Of a stretch of 64,000 bases of DNA, positions 1 through 10,674 are shown one piece after another (the first letter of the stretch is position 1; each line of letters starts with the position of its first letter). The translations under genes and the position numbers were made by a program. Where the stretch lies: assembly GCA_000091205.1 (NCBI GenBank), contig AP006490.2, one strand, 5' to 3'. Source of the DNA: Cyanidioschyzon merolae (Eukaryota). The notes under the pieces were generated by a model. The model saw only the letters and a program-made list of their open reading frames with translations, searched no databases and was not told where the DNA came from.

Positions 1-1184
1 ATGCCCCCAGAGGCTCCCTTCTCTCCTGTTTGCATGAACAAGGGTCTTGGAATCGGACTTGCAACATCGCAGCAGCGCCGTCTCAGTCGAAAGTGTATCG
101 TATATTCGCAGGCAAGGAAGCGTACACGGATCGAAATTGCTCGTCTTGTTTTCCAGCCGGGATTCCGCTTTCGTTGCCTAATTCACTTTTGACAGCGTTG
201 AGATCCACAATCCTCAATCGAATGGGAAAGCGCTCGCTTCCACGTGCAGCCGACTGAGAACTCGTCGAGCGGGTCGACCAGAGCAAGCCGGTGATCTTCG
301 GGTATGGCACCTCAGCCGGCATCGGACGACGGCATGGAAGCAAGGCTTCTGTGCCCGTCACCAGCATGTATCGATCGATGAATCATGCGTTTATGCGTCA
401 TAGGGCAACCACTGGAATCGGAGGCGGTGGCATCGATACATGGGAGTACCGAACCACAGTAACGTGTCACCACGACGAAGAGCACACTCAGGCCGTATAC
501 AACGTAGACGATGACAAAAATTGGATCATCGATCGCGAAAACCTTCTCTCTATCAAGTGCGTAGACAACAGCAGGAAGTCGCGAAATACCAACCTTTCAC
601 GCTGCTATCAAAACCCTTCGACTACTGACAACGGGGCTAGATGGACAGGAGTGACCGACGCACTGAAAGCCGGAGATAAGAGAGACAATAAGGAACGAGT
701 CGTAGAAAAAAGTCTGCGAAAGCTAGTCGTGATGACGATCGAAAGAGACCCAGATTTCAGAACGGTCGCTTGAGTTTGGTGACTGTGTAGACCCCCGTGC
801 CATGCGCTGCACGCAGGGGAAGGACGGCCCTGGACCGGCACCAGCGCGATCGGTGGAGCCAACCTGTGTCTGCAAAATCCCTAAAGGTTCAGTTTCAGTA
901 GCAACGGCGCGTCGCCAGCGGGCACCATGCCGTGCACGATGCCGTCGACCGCATCAGGCTTCTTCATAGAAACTGTAACTAACTGGAATAAAAGGACAGC
1001 TTGCGGCGGGCTCGTCGCCAGCCGCCGTCGCACTACGACGGTCTCTCCCTGACCCAGAAACGTCTCTGGACTTGCGCGTTACCGACTGGGTCGACGTCGA
1101 AACGAACTCGTTTCCGTTGCTAGTACTGACCTCCACATACGCGCATCGTAACGCATCGAACAACACACATACGTTCCGAAAAAA

Positions 1185-2537
1185 ATGGGTAAGGAAAAGA
1201 CGCACGTTTCCGTGGTGGTTATCGGTCACGTGGACTCGGGCAAGTCGACTACGACGGGTCACTTGATCTACAAGTGCGGCGGCATCGACAAGCGAACGAT
1301 CGAAAAGTTTGAGAAAGAGGCGAACGAAATGGGAAAAGGTTCGTTCAAGTACGCGTGGGTGCTGGATAAACTAAAGGCGGAACGGGAGCGAGGGATCACG
1401 ATCGATATCGCGCTGTGGAAGTTCGAGACGGACAAGTACTACTTCACGATCATCGACGCTCCTGGGCATCGTGACTTTATCAAGAACATGATCACGGGTA
1501 CGTCTCAGGCGGACCTTGCGATCTTGGTGGTTGCGTCTCCTCCTGGAGAGTTTGAGGCTGGTATCTCGTCGAACGGACAAACTCGTGAACACGCGCTGCT
1601 CGCGTACACGCTCGGTGTGAAGCAGATGATTGTGGCGGTGAACAAGATGGACGATAAGAACGTGAACTGGTCTCAGTCGCGTTATGATGAAATCACCAAA
1701 GAGTTGAACTTGTATTTGAAGAAGGTTGGCTACAACCCGGACAAGGTTCCCAAGGTACCAATCTCGGGCTGGACTGGCGACAACCTGTTCGAGCGAGTGC
1801 CATCGGACCATCCGCTTGCCAAGTGGTACAAGGGACCAGCCCTGCTGGAGGCGCTTGATGCCATCGAGCCTCCGAAGCGCCCCACCGAGAAGCCACTGCG
1901 TCTGCCCCTGCAGGATGTGTACAAGATCGGCGGTATTGGCACGGTGCCCGTCGGTCGGGTAGAGACGGGTATCCTGCGGCCAGGCATGGTGGTTACCTTC
2001 GCGCCCACTGGTCTGACGACTGAAGTCAAGTCAGTTGAAATGCATCACGAGTCACTCCCCGAGGCTGGGCCAGGTGACAACGTTGGCTTCAACGTCAAGA
2101 ACGTGAGTGTCAAGGAACTGAAGCGCGGCTTTGTATGCGGAGACAGCAAGAACGACCCACCCAAGGCCGCGGAGGACTTCAAGGCACAGGTCATCATTCT
2201 GAATCATCCGGGCGAGATCCGGGCCGGGTACGCGCCCGTTGTTGATTGCCATACTGCCCATATCGCCTGTCGGTTTGCGGAGCTCTTAGAGAAAATCGAT
2301 CGCCGCACCGGCAAGAAGATCGAAGAGAACCCTGAAAAGGTGAAAGCCGGCGATGCCTGCATGGTTCGAATGATTCCGTCCAAACCCATGTGTGTGGAAA
2401 CGTTTAGCGAGTATCCACCACTAGGGCGGTTTGCCGTTCGTGATATGCGCCAGACGGTGGCCGTAGGCGTCATCAAGGAGGTCAACAAGAAAGAGGCGGA
2501 AGGCAAAGTAACGAAAGCAGCAGCGAAGAAGGCATGA
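1185..2537 (+). CDS. EF1A: Translation elongation factor 1-alpha (intronless, 450 aa)
   Basis: ORF translation carries the canonical G1-G4 GTPase motifs ([18 protein letters not shown]) and full-length EF-1alpha collinearity to the C-terminal [10 protein letters not shown]; ATG start, TGA stop. Confidence 0.95.
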   Translation: MGKEKTHVSVVVIGHVDSGKSTTTGHLIYKCGGIDKRTIEKFEKEANEMGKGSFKYAWVLDKLKAERERGITIDIALWKFETDKYYFTIIDAPGHRDFIKNMITGTSQADLAILVVASPPGEFEAGISSNGQTREHALLAYTLGVKQMIVAVNKMDDKNVNWSQSRYDEITKELNLYLKKVGYNPDKVPKVPISGWTGDNLFERVPSDHPLAKWYKGPALLEALDAIEPPKRPTEKPLRLPLQDVYKIGGIGTVPVGRVETGILRPGMVVTFAPTGLTTEVKSVEMHHESLPEAGPGDNVGFNVKNVSVKELKRGFVCGDSKNDPPKAAEDFKAQVIILNHPGEIRAGYAPVVDCHTAHIACRFAELLEKIDRRTGKKIEENPEKVKAGDACMVRMIPSKPMCVETFSEYPPLGRFAVRDMRQTVAVGVIKEVNKKEAEGKVTKAAAKKA

Positions 2538-2942
2538 TCATGATACATAAAGGAATCTGAGAAGTGTATGCACAATGTGCCCATGTCCTCAGCACATGTA
2601 AGTAGTAGTAGTAGTAGTACGCCAGGAGAAATACGGAAATGTTCGCACCCTACTCCCGTTTCAGCTTACAACGGACCGAGTTCACGAACGGTGTCATACG
2701 CGCTAACGTCTGGGCATCCTGCTACGGGGCATCAACAGGGGCCTTTATTTGCTGTTTCTGCGTCGGCCCCGTGTCGTATTCCTCTCATCTCCTGCCTTTG
2801 AACGTGCTGGTCGCTCCGTTTTCTCCGGCTCTGTTGGGCACAGTCGAGGGCGGCTAATGGCAGCGTTCAGGTTCCGATATCGCCGCTTTCGGCTGTTGTC
2901 GACGCAGTTCACCTAGAGGCAGGCGTAGCGATCTACGCCTGG

Positions 2943-3503
2943 GTGCTCAGGTTCGCCATCTTTGTATACAGTCTAGGTGTGCTCTTCGCAACGGTAACAC
3001 TCGACACTAGTCAGATCATCCCATTTGTGTCCACTGCAACGCATCCGCCTCTATACGCCATCTGGTGGCGCTTGACGGCTTGCTTCGTCGCTCTGTACTT
3101 GCCCGTAAGGTATACAGAAGGCACCACTCGATATCCTGACGGTTTCCGCGCCCGATACGCTATGCCACGATCAAAGGTTTTCGCTGGGCGATGCATTCGG
3201 CGAGTCCGCAGTTGGCTGCACGCGCAAGAGCATGCTGTACCATTCGATGGCGGATTTGTGGAACTTGATTCTGTTGATGAGGAAGCAGGTACGGGAAGGA
3301 GTATCCGGGCTGGAGAACACGTCGAGACATTTCAATTCGTCTATGCTTCTTTTTTCGCCTCTGTGGCGCACGCTCTACTTGAAGCGATCGATGCAATGAC
3401 GCAAATCGAATTCCAGAACCCTTTTCCATGCAACCAGGAGAGTCGGGGGCCCTTCCGTCGACGTCCACAAAGAGAGATGCCTTTGTCTTTCCAACCGAAT
3501 TGA
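2943..3503 (+). CDS. Hypothetical protein (186 aa), no recognisable domain
   Basis: Isolated ORF in the 3-kb gap between EF1A and the E2 gene; only ORF length supports it. Confidence 0.15.
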   Translation: MLRFAIFVYSLGVLFATVTLDTSQIIPFVSTATHPPLYAIWWRLTACFVALYLPVRYTEGTTRYPDGFRARYAMPRSKVFAGRCIRRVRSWLHAQEHAVPFDGGFVELDSVDEEAGTGRSIRAGEHVETFQFVYASFFASVAHALLEAIDAMTQIEFQNPFPCNQESRGPFRRRPQREMPLSFQPN

Positions 3504-5439
3504 TTACTAGACATGACAAGTTCAGTGAGCACACATGACGAACTTGTGAACAGCTCGCCGAGGGACGGAGTCGAATCATTTTCGTCGTGAAAACCGGCGG
3601 CGCTGATGGCTGCCCCTATTCGTTGGCTTGAAAACTAGAGTCCGAAATCAAGATACATGCTTGATTCGAGCTTGCTGCACGTCACGAAAGGACAAGTACG
3701 GAGGATTGTACGTATGCATTGGATGGTGATATCTGGTATTTTGCGCACCCTTGATCAAGATCTTTGCGAATCATCTCGACTCCAATGACGTAACGGAGTC
3801 CAGCAGCAACTCGTCGAATGAATCACTCCGGGAAATCCACCAAGCATCTTAACAATGCCTATGAAACCGTAACCCCATGTTGCTGTCCAGCGACTATCGA
3901 GACTGTCCATCGAAACCAATCTCGGAATAAAACGTCGTGCGGGGACAGGGCGTGCGCTTCAGGTTTCCATTGTAAGCTGACACGTGTTCCGGCATTTGTA
4001 TCCGAAACCAGGCAGCAGGGCGTTGACGTGTACCAAGCACCTCAGTTGCAAACCCCGAACCTGTGCAGCTACTGCCCATGATGACCATGATCCCCGCACC
4101 CACTTAAATATTGCGTTCTGACTCTGGTATCTCGACGCCACTGGCGCGCTCGTCCAGGTCGAATGGCTATCAGGTCGCTACGGAACCACAAGTCGTTACC
4201 GCGCTTTGGTCATGCCTATATCAGGCCGCACGGAGATAACGCGGCATCTCCTCAGCCGACACCGCTCCAGCGCCCCCCGTCGCAGTGCATTTGTAAACGC
4301 TGGAGCACGGGTGTCTGCATACGCGTCGCGGTTACCCATTGATACCAACCGAGCGTGCACTACCGCGTAGAATATTCGGAATCGGAACGCCACATTTACA
4401 ACAAGTCCTTCACCACAAGCCGTACCGCAAGTATCTAGAATCTCTAATGAGCAAAAGGGTATCTGATTGGGCCCTAGGACGACTCAGGATGACGCTGGGT
4501 GTACGAACCTGCCTTGCAGAGAGCCGCACCTGCCTCCGTGGCATCGTTGTGCTGTGACTACTGCTCGTGCAGTGCGCGATCGCACCGAAGAGGCCCACAC
4601 GATAGCTGCAGCCTCCATATATCCACGTGCTTCTGTGCATATCTCCTTGCACAGTGCAGCGTCAATTTGCAGGTGTGCATAGCGAGCAATTAGCGGAGAG
4701 TGTCTGTGCAGTGCAGCACGCCAAACGACTTGCCAACGAGTGATCGAGCGCTTCACGATCGGGATAGAGTGTGTTGAGGTGTCGTGCGTTGCTCGCGATG
4801 GGTATCGTGCTTCATCGAGCTGCGCAACGCGCACTGGCATACACATCGCATGGTTTGGTATTGGGCAGCATGCGACACATCCCCTGCATACGTTTGGCGC
4901 TAGTTTCTTCTGCAATACACGTTCGCTGCATGGCGGATATGCTTCGCAAAGCGGTGGCGGCGTCCAAAGATCGTTTGCGGTGCCGTTCCACCGCCAGCTC
5001 CCTTGGCGAAACCTTCTGGCGCGTTTGACGATATCGCAGCCGAAACAGTATCCGCAGCAGTCACGGTGCTCGTATCGGTACTGTTGATGCCTCCAGATCA
5101 GCTGCAATGATGACACCAGGCCGATGCGCGACTGTGTTGACTGCGGCGGCACTGGAGCAGGTCAAGCGACAGCGGACGCGGGGAGCCTCACGGCGACGCG
5201 TGCTCGTCGTCATTGCCACACGCGAAGGTCCATGATTTCACTCGTTGCCGCTCAGCTTCACTGCAACAGACCTGCCCGCTACGCGCTGTCTCTCGGTCGA
5301 CTGAATGCTGGGACGAATTCCCGGGCCTCTGCGTTCACCGTACAGTCCATGTCGGGCTTTGCATGCCGCGCTGTCGCTGTGTACAGCGAGCTCGTGCATA
5401 TGAGCAGTGCGTTCGCACTGCGCGGATGTCGGGAAAGCA

Positions 5440-6171
5440 TCAGGAATTACCGTTGCCAACCAGGCGTCGTCCGCTGAAGCTGAACGCCTGAGCACCATCA
5501 TCCAGCGCATTGCGTTCCTCGTCGTCACTGTCACTCAGCGACTCGAGTTCACTTGCACTACCATTGGATGCCGCCCTGGTCGTATCGTGCGCCGAATCAG
5601 CGGCAGCGTTCGCAGTCGCACCCTTAGATGAAGAGGCCAGGGAGGATGTGCTCGGTTGGGCACTCCGGCTCTGCTGATGGCGACGCAGCGCCTGCGTTCT
5701 TGACGCCACTGGATAGTCCTCCTCGCGTGCATATCGATTCACGAATTCTCTCACTTTCTGTTGGAAACGCTGTGGCTCACGAAGATGCAGTGCCGCCGCT
5801 TCGCCGTTCAGAGGGTCCTGGCTGTTCGGATACGTGAGCAGCTGCGGTAGGAAAACCTCGAAAACGTTCAAAAGATCGAAGAGCGGCGACCAGGTCTGGT
5901 TAATCACATCCAAGCACACAGACCCACTCATCTGGTCGATGTTCGGATGATAGATAGCGTTCACGAAGCCGATACTTGGAGACTTGTATGGGTAGGCCTC
6001 GGGGAGCTCCACGTGTACCTTCCAGACACCGCCTTCGTAGGGCGTGTCCTTGGGACCCCGAAACTTCACGTAAAACTCCGCGTTGGAGTCCTCGTTCGCC
6101 ATTTCCACCTCGTAGTCCGCCATGACCAACTTCATTATGTCCATTTCGCGACGTCTTCCCGGAGACGACAT
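5440..6171 (-). CDS. UBE2H: Ubiquitin-conjugating enzyme E2, UBE2H-like, with Ser/acidic C-terminal tail
   Basis: UBC fold motifs: [38 protein letters not shown] plus active-site Cys in [13 protein letters not shown]. Start placed at the internal ATG ([11 protein letters not shown]), which matches the UBE2H N-terminus; the 28 upstream codons of the ORF are treated as 5' flank. Confidence 0.85.
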   Translation of the reverse strand: MSSPGRRREMDIMKLVMADYEVEMANEDSNAEFYVKFRGPKDTPYEGGVWKVHVELPEAYPYKSPSIGFVNAIYHPNIDQMSGSVCLDVINQTWSPLFDLLNVFEVFLPQLLTYPNSQDPLNGEAAALHLREPQRFQQKVREFVNRYAREEDYPVASRTQALRRHQQSRSAQPSTSSLASSSKGATANAAADSAHDTTRAASNGSASELESLSDSDDEERNALDDGAQAFSFSGRRLVGNGNS

Positions 6172-6251
6172 GCTCGTGACAACGCAGAAAGTACTGGGCT
6201 TTCGCAAGTCCGTGCGCACTGGCCAACCTTTTTTTAGTTCTCCAAGCAGTT

Positions 6252-8011
6252 TCACCTATGCACCCTGAAAATAAACGTCTTTCTAAGGAAAAACGCTGCC
6301 ACCGGCGGGCGCAATACAGTCTTGGCGAGAAACCCGCCCTGGACAAGACTTCTCCAACTGACGTGCAGACGCCTGCCAGCCTTTCTGGAACGGGCACCCA
6401 CTACTGCTTCCAATTCTTTCTCATATAGTTCCATTTTGAGAGGCTGTCCGACAAAATGCTCTCTTGTCTACGCTGAAGGTCTGTTCTCCATCACCGCACA
6501 TCGCCTTCAATGGATAGCGGTATTTACGTCCCGGTTCTCAAACTCCATACGTTTCTTGTTATTGATCGTACTTACTGATGCAAGTTGTCCACGAACTTTT
6601 GCCATCCTTTCCATTTGCTCTTCCGTTAGCTGTTCGTACTTTTTTATATCTTCAGGGCTCCGCTCGCACTTTTTCATCTCAACTCTCTGGCGTGTACAAC
6701 CCAGTTCGTGGTTTGTATACGATGCCCGGAACTCATCGATGGGTATCGTAACGAAACGCCTTGCGCACTCTCTGAATGTTCTTGTCGTTGGAGCTGGCCT
6801 AGTCCCTTTTTGGGTCTTCCAGCGCCCTGCTCGGTACACTACTAAAAGCCTCTGACTGTCCTCCTCCTTCAAGGCGCTCAACCCATTGAAAAAGTTTGCG
6901 AACGCCCGCTGCATCCCCCAGTACAATTTCATAATGAAAAGAGAACACCGGGGCTTTGTATATTCTTTCCACAGCGCCTCCCAATGGGCAACACGAACTT
7001 CCATGAATTTCCGAAAAGCTTCCTAGGCCGCTCCGCGGCTCGTCACCTCGCTCAAAGCTTCCAGGTGATCATTCATTCCTGCATTCTACGTCTCGATTTT
7101 CTTGCTTGCATTCATGATTCCCGATTCTCGATGGTATCTCGCTCTCGAGAATCTCAACAGACGCATGTCTTTCTGAGGCAAGTTACCGTCAATGCCATCT
7201 TCCGCACGCTTGGGTACTGCGATGGTTACGATATTCGTGTTCCCGGGGTCCGCGCCAACGACAAGGTCGTTATCCTGGGGATTATACATTTCAGGGCCCA
7301 CCTCCATCTTATCTTCATGCTTCGTCACGGGCGAAGCGCAAGGCGCGATGGGACGATCCACCTTCAACCTCCGATACTGTACACACATGGCTACTCCATC
7401 GGTTTCGATCATCCCAGCGAATACCTTTTATTTGCTCACTTTGGGACGTTTGAAATCGAAGATATTCTTCCAGTACGTCTCACGGTTTTCACCGGGGAAC
7501 TCTGTCTTCCTTACATCGAACTCCGGACAGATCTCCCTCATGATGCCTTGAAGGACTCTGGAGCCGATGGTCACACAGTGTGACTCGATGTTGTTCAACG
7601 GAACGACGTTAAATTGCTTCCCCATTAGGAAAGCCTTTCGTATCTCCGACGCTTCATTTTTCTCCTCACTCAGCTTCATCTATGCCTCGCGTTCCAGTCC
7701 TCGGTCCAGGAACACGAAATAGCGCAGGATGAGGCGATCGTATCTTTTCTTATCTTTTTTTTCATCTCTGATAACTTTTCTGTTCGGTTCGCCAGCCCCA
7801 GTACCGCACGATGCTCTTGTATAACCCAACGGATTACAGGAGCTTCATTCTTTCTCCTGCGTGATGTCTTCTTGTCGAAGAATTCGATCTCCTGTTCATT
7901 CTGGCAATCCTTCGTGATGCCATTGATAATCGCCCATATTCCTTTGCGAGCGATGCCCGGGTAGAGTGCATAGACGGAGCGTTTCATGAAGCGTTCGAGG
8001 TTCATCGTCAA
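6252..8011 (-). mobile_element. TnpB/Fanzor-like (IS200/IS605 OrfB-type RuvC nuclease) element, copy 1, near full length but degraded
   Basis: Collinear minus-strand ORF pieces 7676-8011, 7428-7679, 7086-7412, 6507-7004 and 6252-6434; the last four share one frame separated by in-frame stops, and the first is joined by a -1 shift at an ATGA overlap. Motifs: RuvC-I-like [16 protein letters not shown], TnpB zinc-finger lead-in VTIPIDEFRASYTNHELGC...KKC, and RuvC-III-like ENRDVNTAIH. A paralogous fragment lies at 10.7-11.3 kb. Confidence 0.7.
6252..8011 (-). pseudogene. Fanzor/TnpB-like nuclease ORF interrupted by at least 3 in-frame stops and 1 frameshift (about 570 codons total)
   Basis: A TAA sits between 7428-7679 and 7086-7412 with open frame on both sides. 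A TAG sits between 7086-7412 and 6507-7004. I could not construct a frame-preserving GT..AG intron across either gap. Confidence 0.55.
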
Positions 8012-8533
8012 ATGGTTCTTCAGGTCCGTATGGTACTTGATCGTCCCGTAGGTTTAAAGATCCGAATCACCCCTGTATCGTGTACCCTCAGGGCGGTACT
8101 CGGCGTGATTCTCGTGGAGGGCATGAACCCGCTCATTTCCCCTCCGCGTTTCCCCTGTGCCAAGCATCAGGCGACAAATCAAGGTCCTGTCGAAAACGCT
8201 TTCGAAATCTCGACTGGTTTGATGTCCGTCACTGCTGCTGTGCCAGGGAAACTTCGTGCGCCTGATCGCACGCTGGAATGTGTTGTCGACGGGGCGCACT
8301 TCGGTGCAATGGATGGAACGTTGCGGAGCGGAACGCTGACAACATCTCCGTTCGGGCGCACAGGAACGACGCGATGCTTGGCAATGACCGCTGTCTGTTT
8401 CGACTTATCGGTCTGCGTAAGCGGATGTAACCAAACGGCACCGAAAATGATACAGGAGCGAGCGCACGATCCGCTCGCGCCCTGCGGGGGTCCGTTGCTC
8501 CCCTGCGATGCCCTCTAGCGATGCCCGTTGTCT

Positions 8534-10609
8534 TTACGCTGCATTCCCCGATTCTCTTTTCGCGAAAAGCTCGTACTCAACCTCTAGACTATCGTTTGTG
8601 GGATAGTCGGCTACAACCCGCTCGTACAAGTAGAGCGCATTCTCGTTCGTGACACTCTCGTCGATGTAGGCGCGTGCCTCGCGCAGCAGACGTGCGCTAT
8701 CTCGAGACAGACCCCACAGATGCAGCCGAATACCATAGCTCCTATACTGACGGGCTAGGGAGTCTAGCGCCTCTAGCGCTGTCGCGTCCCAGATGCGGCT
8801 ACCAGAGAAGTCGATGATCACGTGCTCATGGCCTTCGGCACGATCCCGTGCTGGGTCGAACAGACGACTGAAGCGCTCCGCCGTGCCAAAGAACAGCGGA
8901 CCGTCAATCCGGTATCCCCGCCATCCGCGCGTTTGCTCGTCCTCCGAAATAAAGCTCTGGGCGGTAATGCGTCGCGACGCTTTATAGGCAAAGACCAGCG
9001 CCGAGAATACCACACCAAACAGGACCGCCAGGGCGACGTTGCGCGTTGCTACAGTCATCAGGGCAACGCTCACAATGGTCAGCGAATCAGCGAGAGGTAT
9101 GGCACGAAACAAGCGCAGCGATGCCCATTCGAATGAGCCCAGCGCCACCAGCACCATAAGGCTTGCAATGGCTGGGACGGGAATCCGAATCATCAGTCCG
9201 CTCGGATTTCTCGCCAACACGAGAAGACACAGCGCCGCAGTCAGTCCAGAGAGACGCCCGCGTCCCCCTGATTTCGTGTTCAGAAGCGACTGGCCCAGGA
9301 GGCCGCAGCCGCCCACGCCACCGAATAAGCCCGCGGCGATATTCCCTGCCCCAAGCGCTAGACACTCCCGACGCGTGCTACCCCGCGATTCCGTGACTTC
9401 GTCTACCAAAGTCATGGTTAAAAGAGATTCCAAAAGACCGATGAATGCGAGACCAAGCGCGGTGCTCAGAATGGCCATCCATGCCAGCGGTGTTGACGGC
9501 AGGGCTGCCCAGGATACGCCAATGGCCCCTGACTGTGCCAGCGTGTCGCGCAAAAAGTCGCCAAGCCGCCGCACAGGCGCTTGCGTCACCTCCGCATAAA
9601 TGGATGCCACGAGGATGCCCGCTAGTGGGCTTGGGAGCCAACGCAACAGCTCAGCGAGGCGGTGCTGCCACCGATGGGTACTATCGGGGCGCCGGCGCTC
9701 TAGTCGCTGAATGATCAAGGGCCATACATGGGCGACTCCAGCGGCGAGCGCTGCGACGATCAACGCTGCACGCAACATGTTACCCTGGAGCCAGGGTGCG
9801 CCCGGGCTCAGCCCGGTTCCCGCTGGAAGCTGAAACGCATAGACCTGACTTGTCGCCGTCAAGATGGCGATGCCGCTGATGAATCCCAGAAAGGTAGGGT
9901 ACGATATCAGCCGCACAAACTTTCCCAAACGATAGATCCCGAAGAAAAGCTGGAGTATACCGCTGAGCACCACGGCGGCAGCGACCGCTGCTGCGCCGTA
10001 CTGTTGATAGAGAGGCGCTTGCAGAATAATGAGCGCTGCAGATGTTCCCGAGATCATGCCAGGGCGTCCTCCCAGTGCGGCAGTTATCGCACACAGGAGA
10101 CCAGTCGAGACGATTCCAGCGAGCGGCGGCACGCCCGTGGCCAACGCGCAAGACGCCGCCGCAGGCAGCAGCGCCATCGCCACCGTAATGCCCGCCAGCA
10201 CTTCCTCTACCGTCGAGCGTAGCGGATAGCGCGCTGTGCGTTCGTCCAAAATCCGACGCTCTCCAACGAAATAGCGCCCGATATCCTCACGTGGTGCAAC
10301 GAGCGGGAAGAGCCCTCGCTCACCAGGCTTGGGACGGTGCCTCGCTTCGGCGTCGGGGGTACCCCCTGGCGCCGAACCTGTCCCCCGTACGCGAGCAAGT
10401 GCTCCGCAGCGCGTACGCCGCCTCGCGCGGAACCCAGGCACCACCAGCGAGTTGCACTGGCTCCGGTTCCGTACGACGAAACGTACGCCGCTACCGCTGA
10501 AGGTATTCGTTACTATGAAACCGCCTAAAGCATTCTCAACGCCCATGTTCCGACGAAAGTACCTTGCGTGTCCAGTGAACAGGCAGTGCACAACAAGGCG
10601 CTCGTGCAT
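8534..10609 (-). CDS. SulP-family sulfate/anion permease with C-terminal STAS domain
   Basis: Multi-helix membrane core (GIVSTGLLCAITAALGGRPGMISGTSAALIIL; FLGFISGIAILTATSQ) followed by a STAS-like tail (HVIIDFSGSRIWDATALEALDSLARQYRSYGIRLHLWGL). The ORF extends upstream to 10717 on a TTG-type call; start set at the internal ATG (MHERL...), and 10546 (MGVENALGG) is an alternative. Confidence 0.85.
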   Translation of the reverse strand: MHERLVVHCLFTGHARYFRRNMGVENALGGFIVTNTFSGSGVRFVVRNRSQCNSLVVPGFRARRRTRCGALARVRGTGSAPGGTPDAEARHRPKPGERGLFPLVAPREDIGRYFVGERRILDERTARYPLRSTVEEVLAGITVAMALLPAAASCALATGVPPLAGIVSTGLLCAITAALGGRPGMISGTSAALIILQAPLYQQYGAAAVAAAVVLSGILQLFFGIYRLGKFVRLISYPTFLGFISGIAILTATSQVYAFQLPAGTGLSPGAPWLQGNMLRAALIVAALAAGVAHVWPLIIQRLERRRPDSTHRWQHRLAELLRWLPSPLAGILVASIYAEVTQAPVRRLGDFLRDTLAQSGAIGVSWAALPSTPLAWMAILSTALGLAFIGLLESLLTMTLVDEVTESRGSTRRECLALGAGNIAAGLFGGVGGCGLLGQSLLNTKSGGRGRLSGLTAALCLLVLARNPSGLMIRIPVPAIASLMVLVALGSFEWASLRLFRAIPLADSLTIVSVALMTVATRNVALAVLFGVVFSALVFAYKASRRITAQSFISEDEQTRGWRGYRIDGPLFFGTAERFSRLFDPARDRAEGHEHVIIDFSGSRIWDATALEALDSLARQYRSYGIRLHLWGLSRDSARLLREARAYIDESVTNENALYLYERVVADYPTNDSLEVEYELFAKRESGNAA

Positions 10610-10674
10610 TGCCGATGCTTCCGACGCGAGCGCTGAGATCCGTACATGCAATCTCGGATGGCGGGCAGTTTGAT

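Noticed and set aside
4484-5152. Cys-rich 222-aa ORF on the minus strand upstream of the E2 gene
   Set aside because: No spacing pattern of a known Cys-rich domain; reads like GC-biased noise. Left unannotated.
6322-6855. Long antisense ORFs inside both Fanzor-like copies (6322-6855 plus; 10536-11255 minus) that resemble each other
   Set aside because: Their similarity follows from the DNA homology of the two element copies; they have no domain signature, so a second antisense gene cannot be supported.
7413-7430. Possible stop-codon reassignment or tiny introns to explain the in-frame TAA and TAG in Fanzor copy 1
   Set aside because: TAA (OSBP), TAG (OMA1, SMC5, LAS1) and TGA (EF1A, XPB, ABCA, AK) all end conserved host genes at the expected positions, so the standard code applies. 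No frame-preserving GT..AG intron fits the 81-bp and 72-bp gaps.
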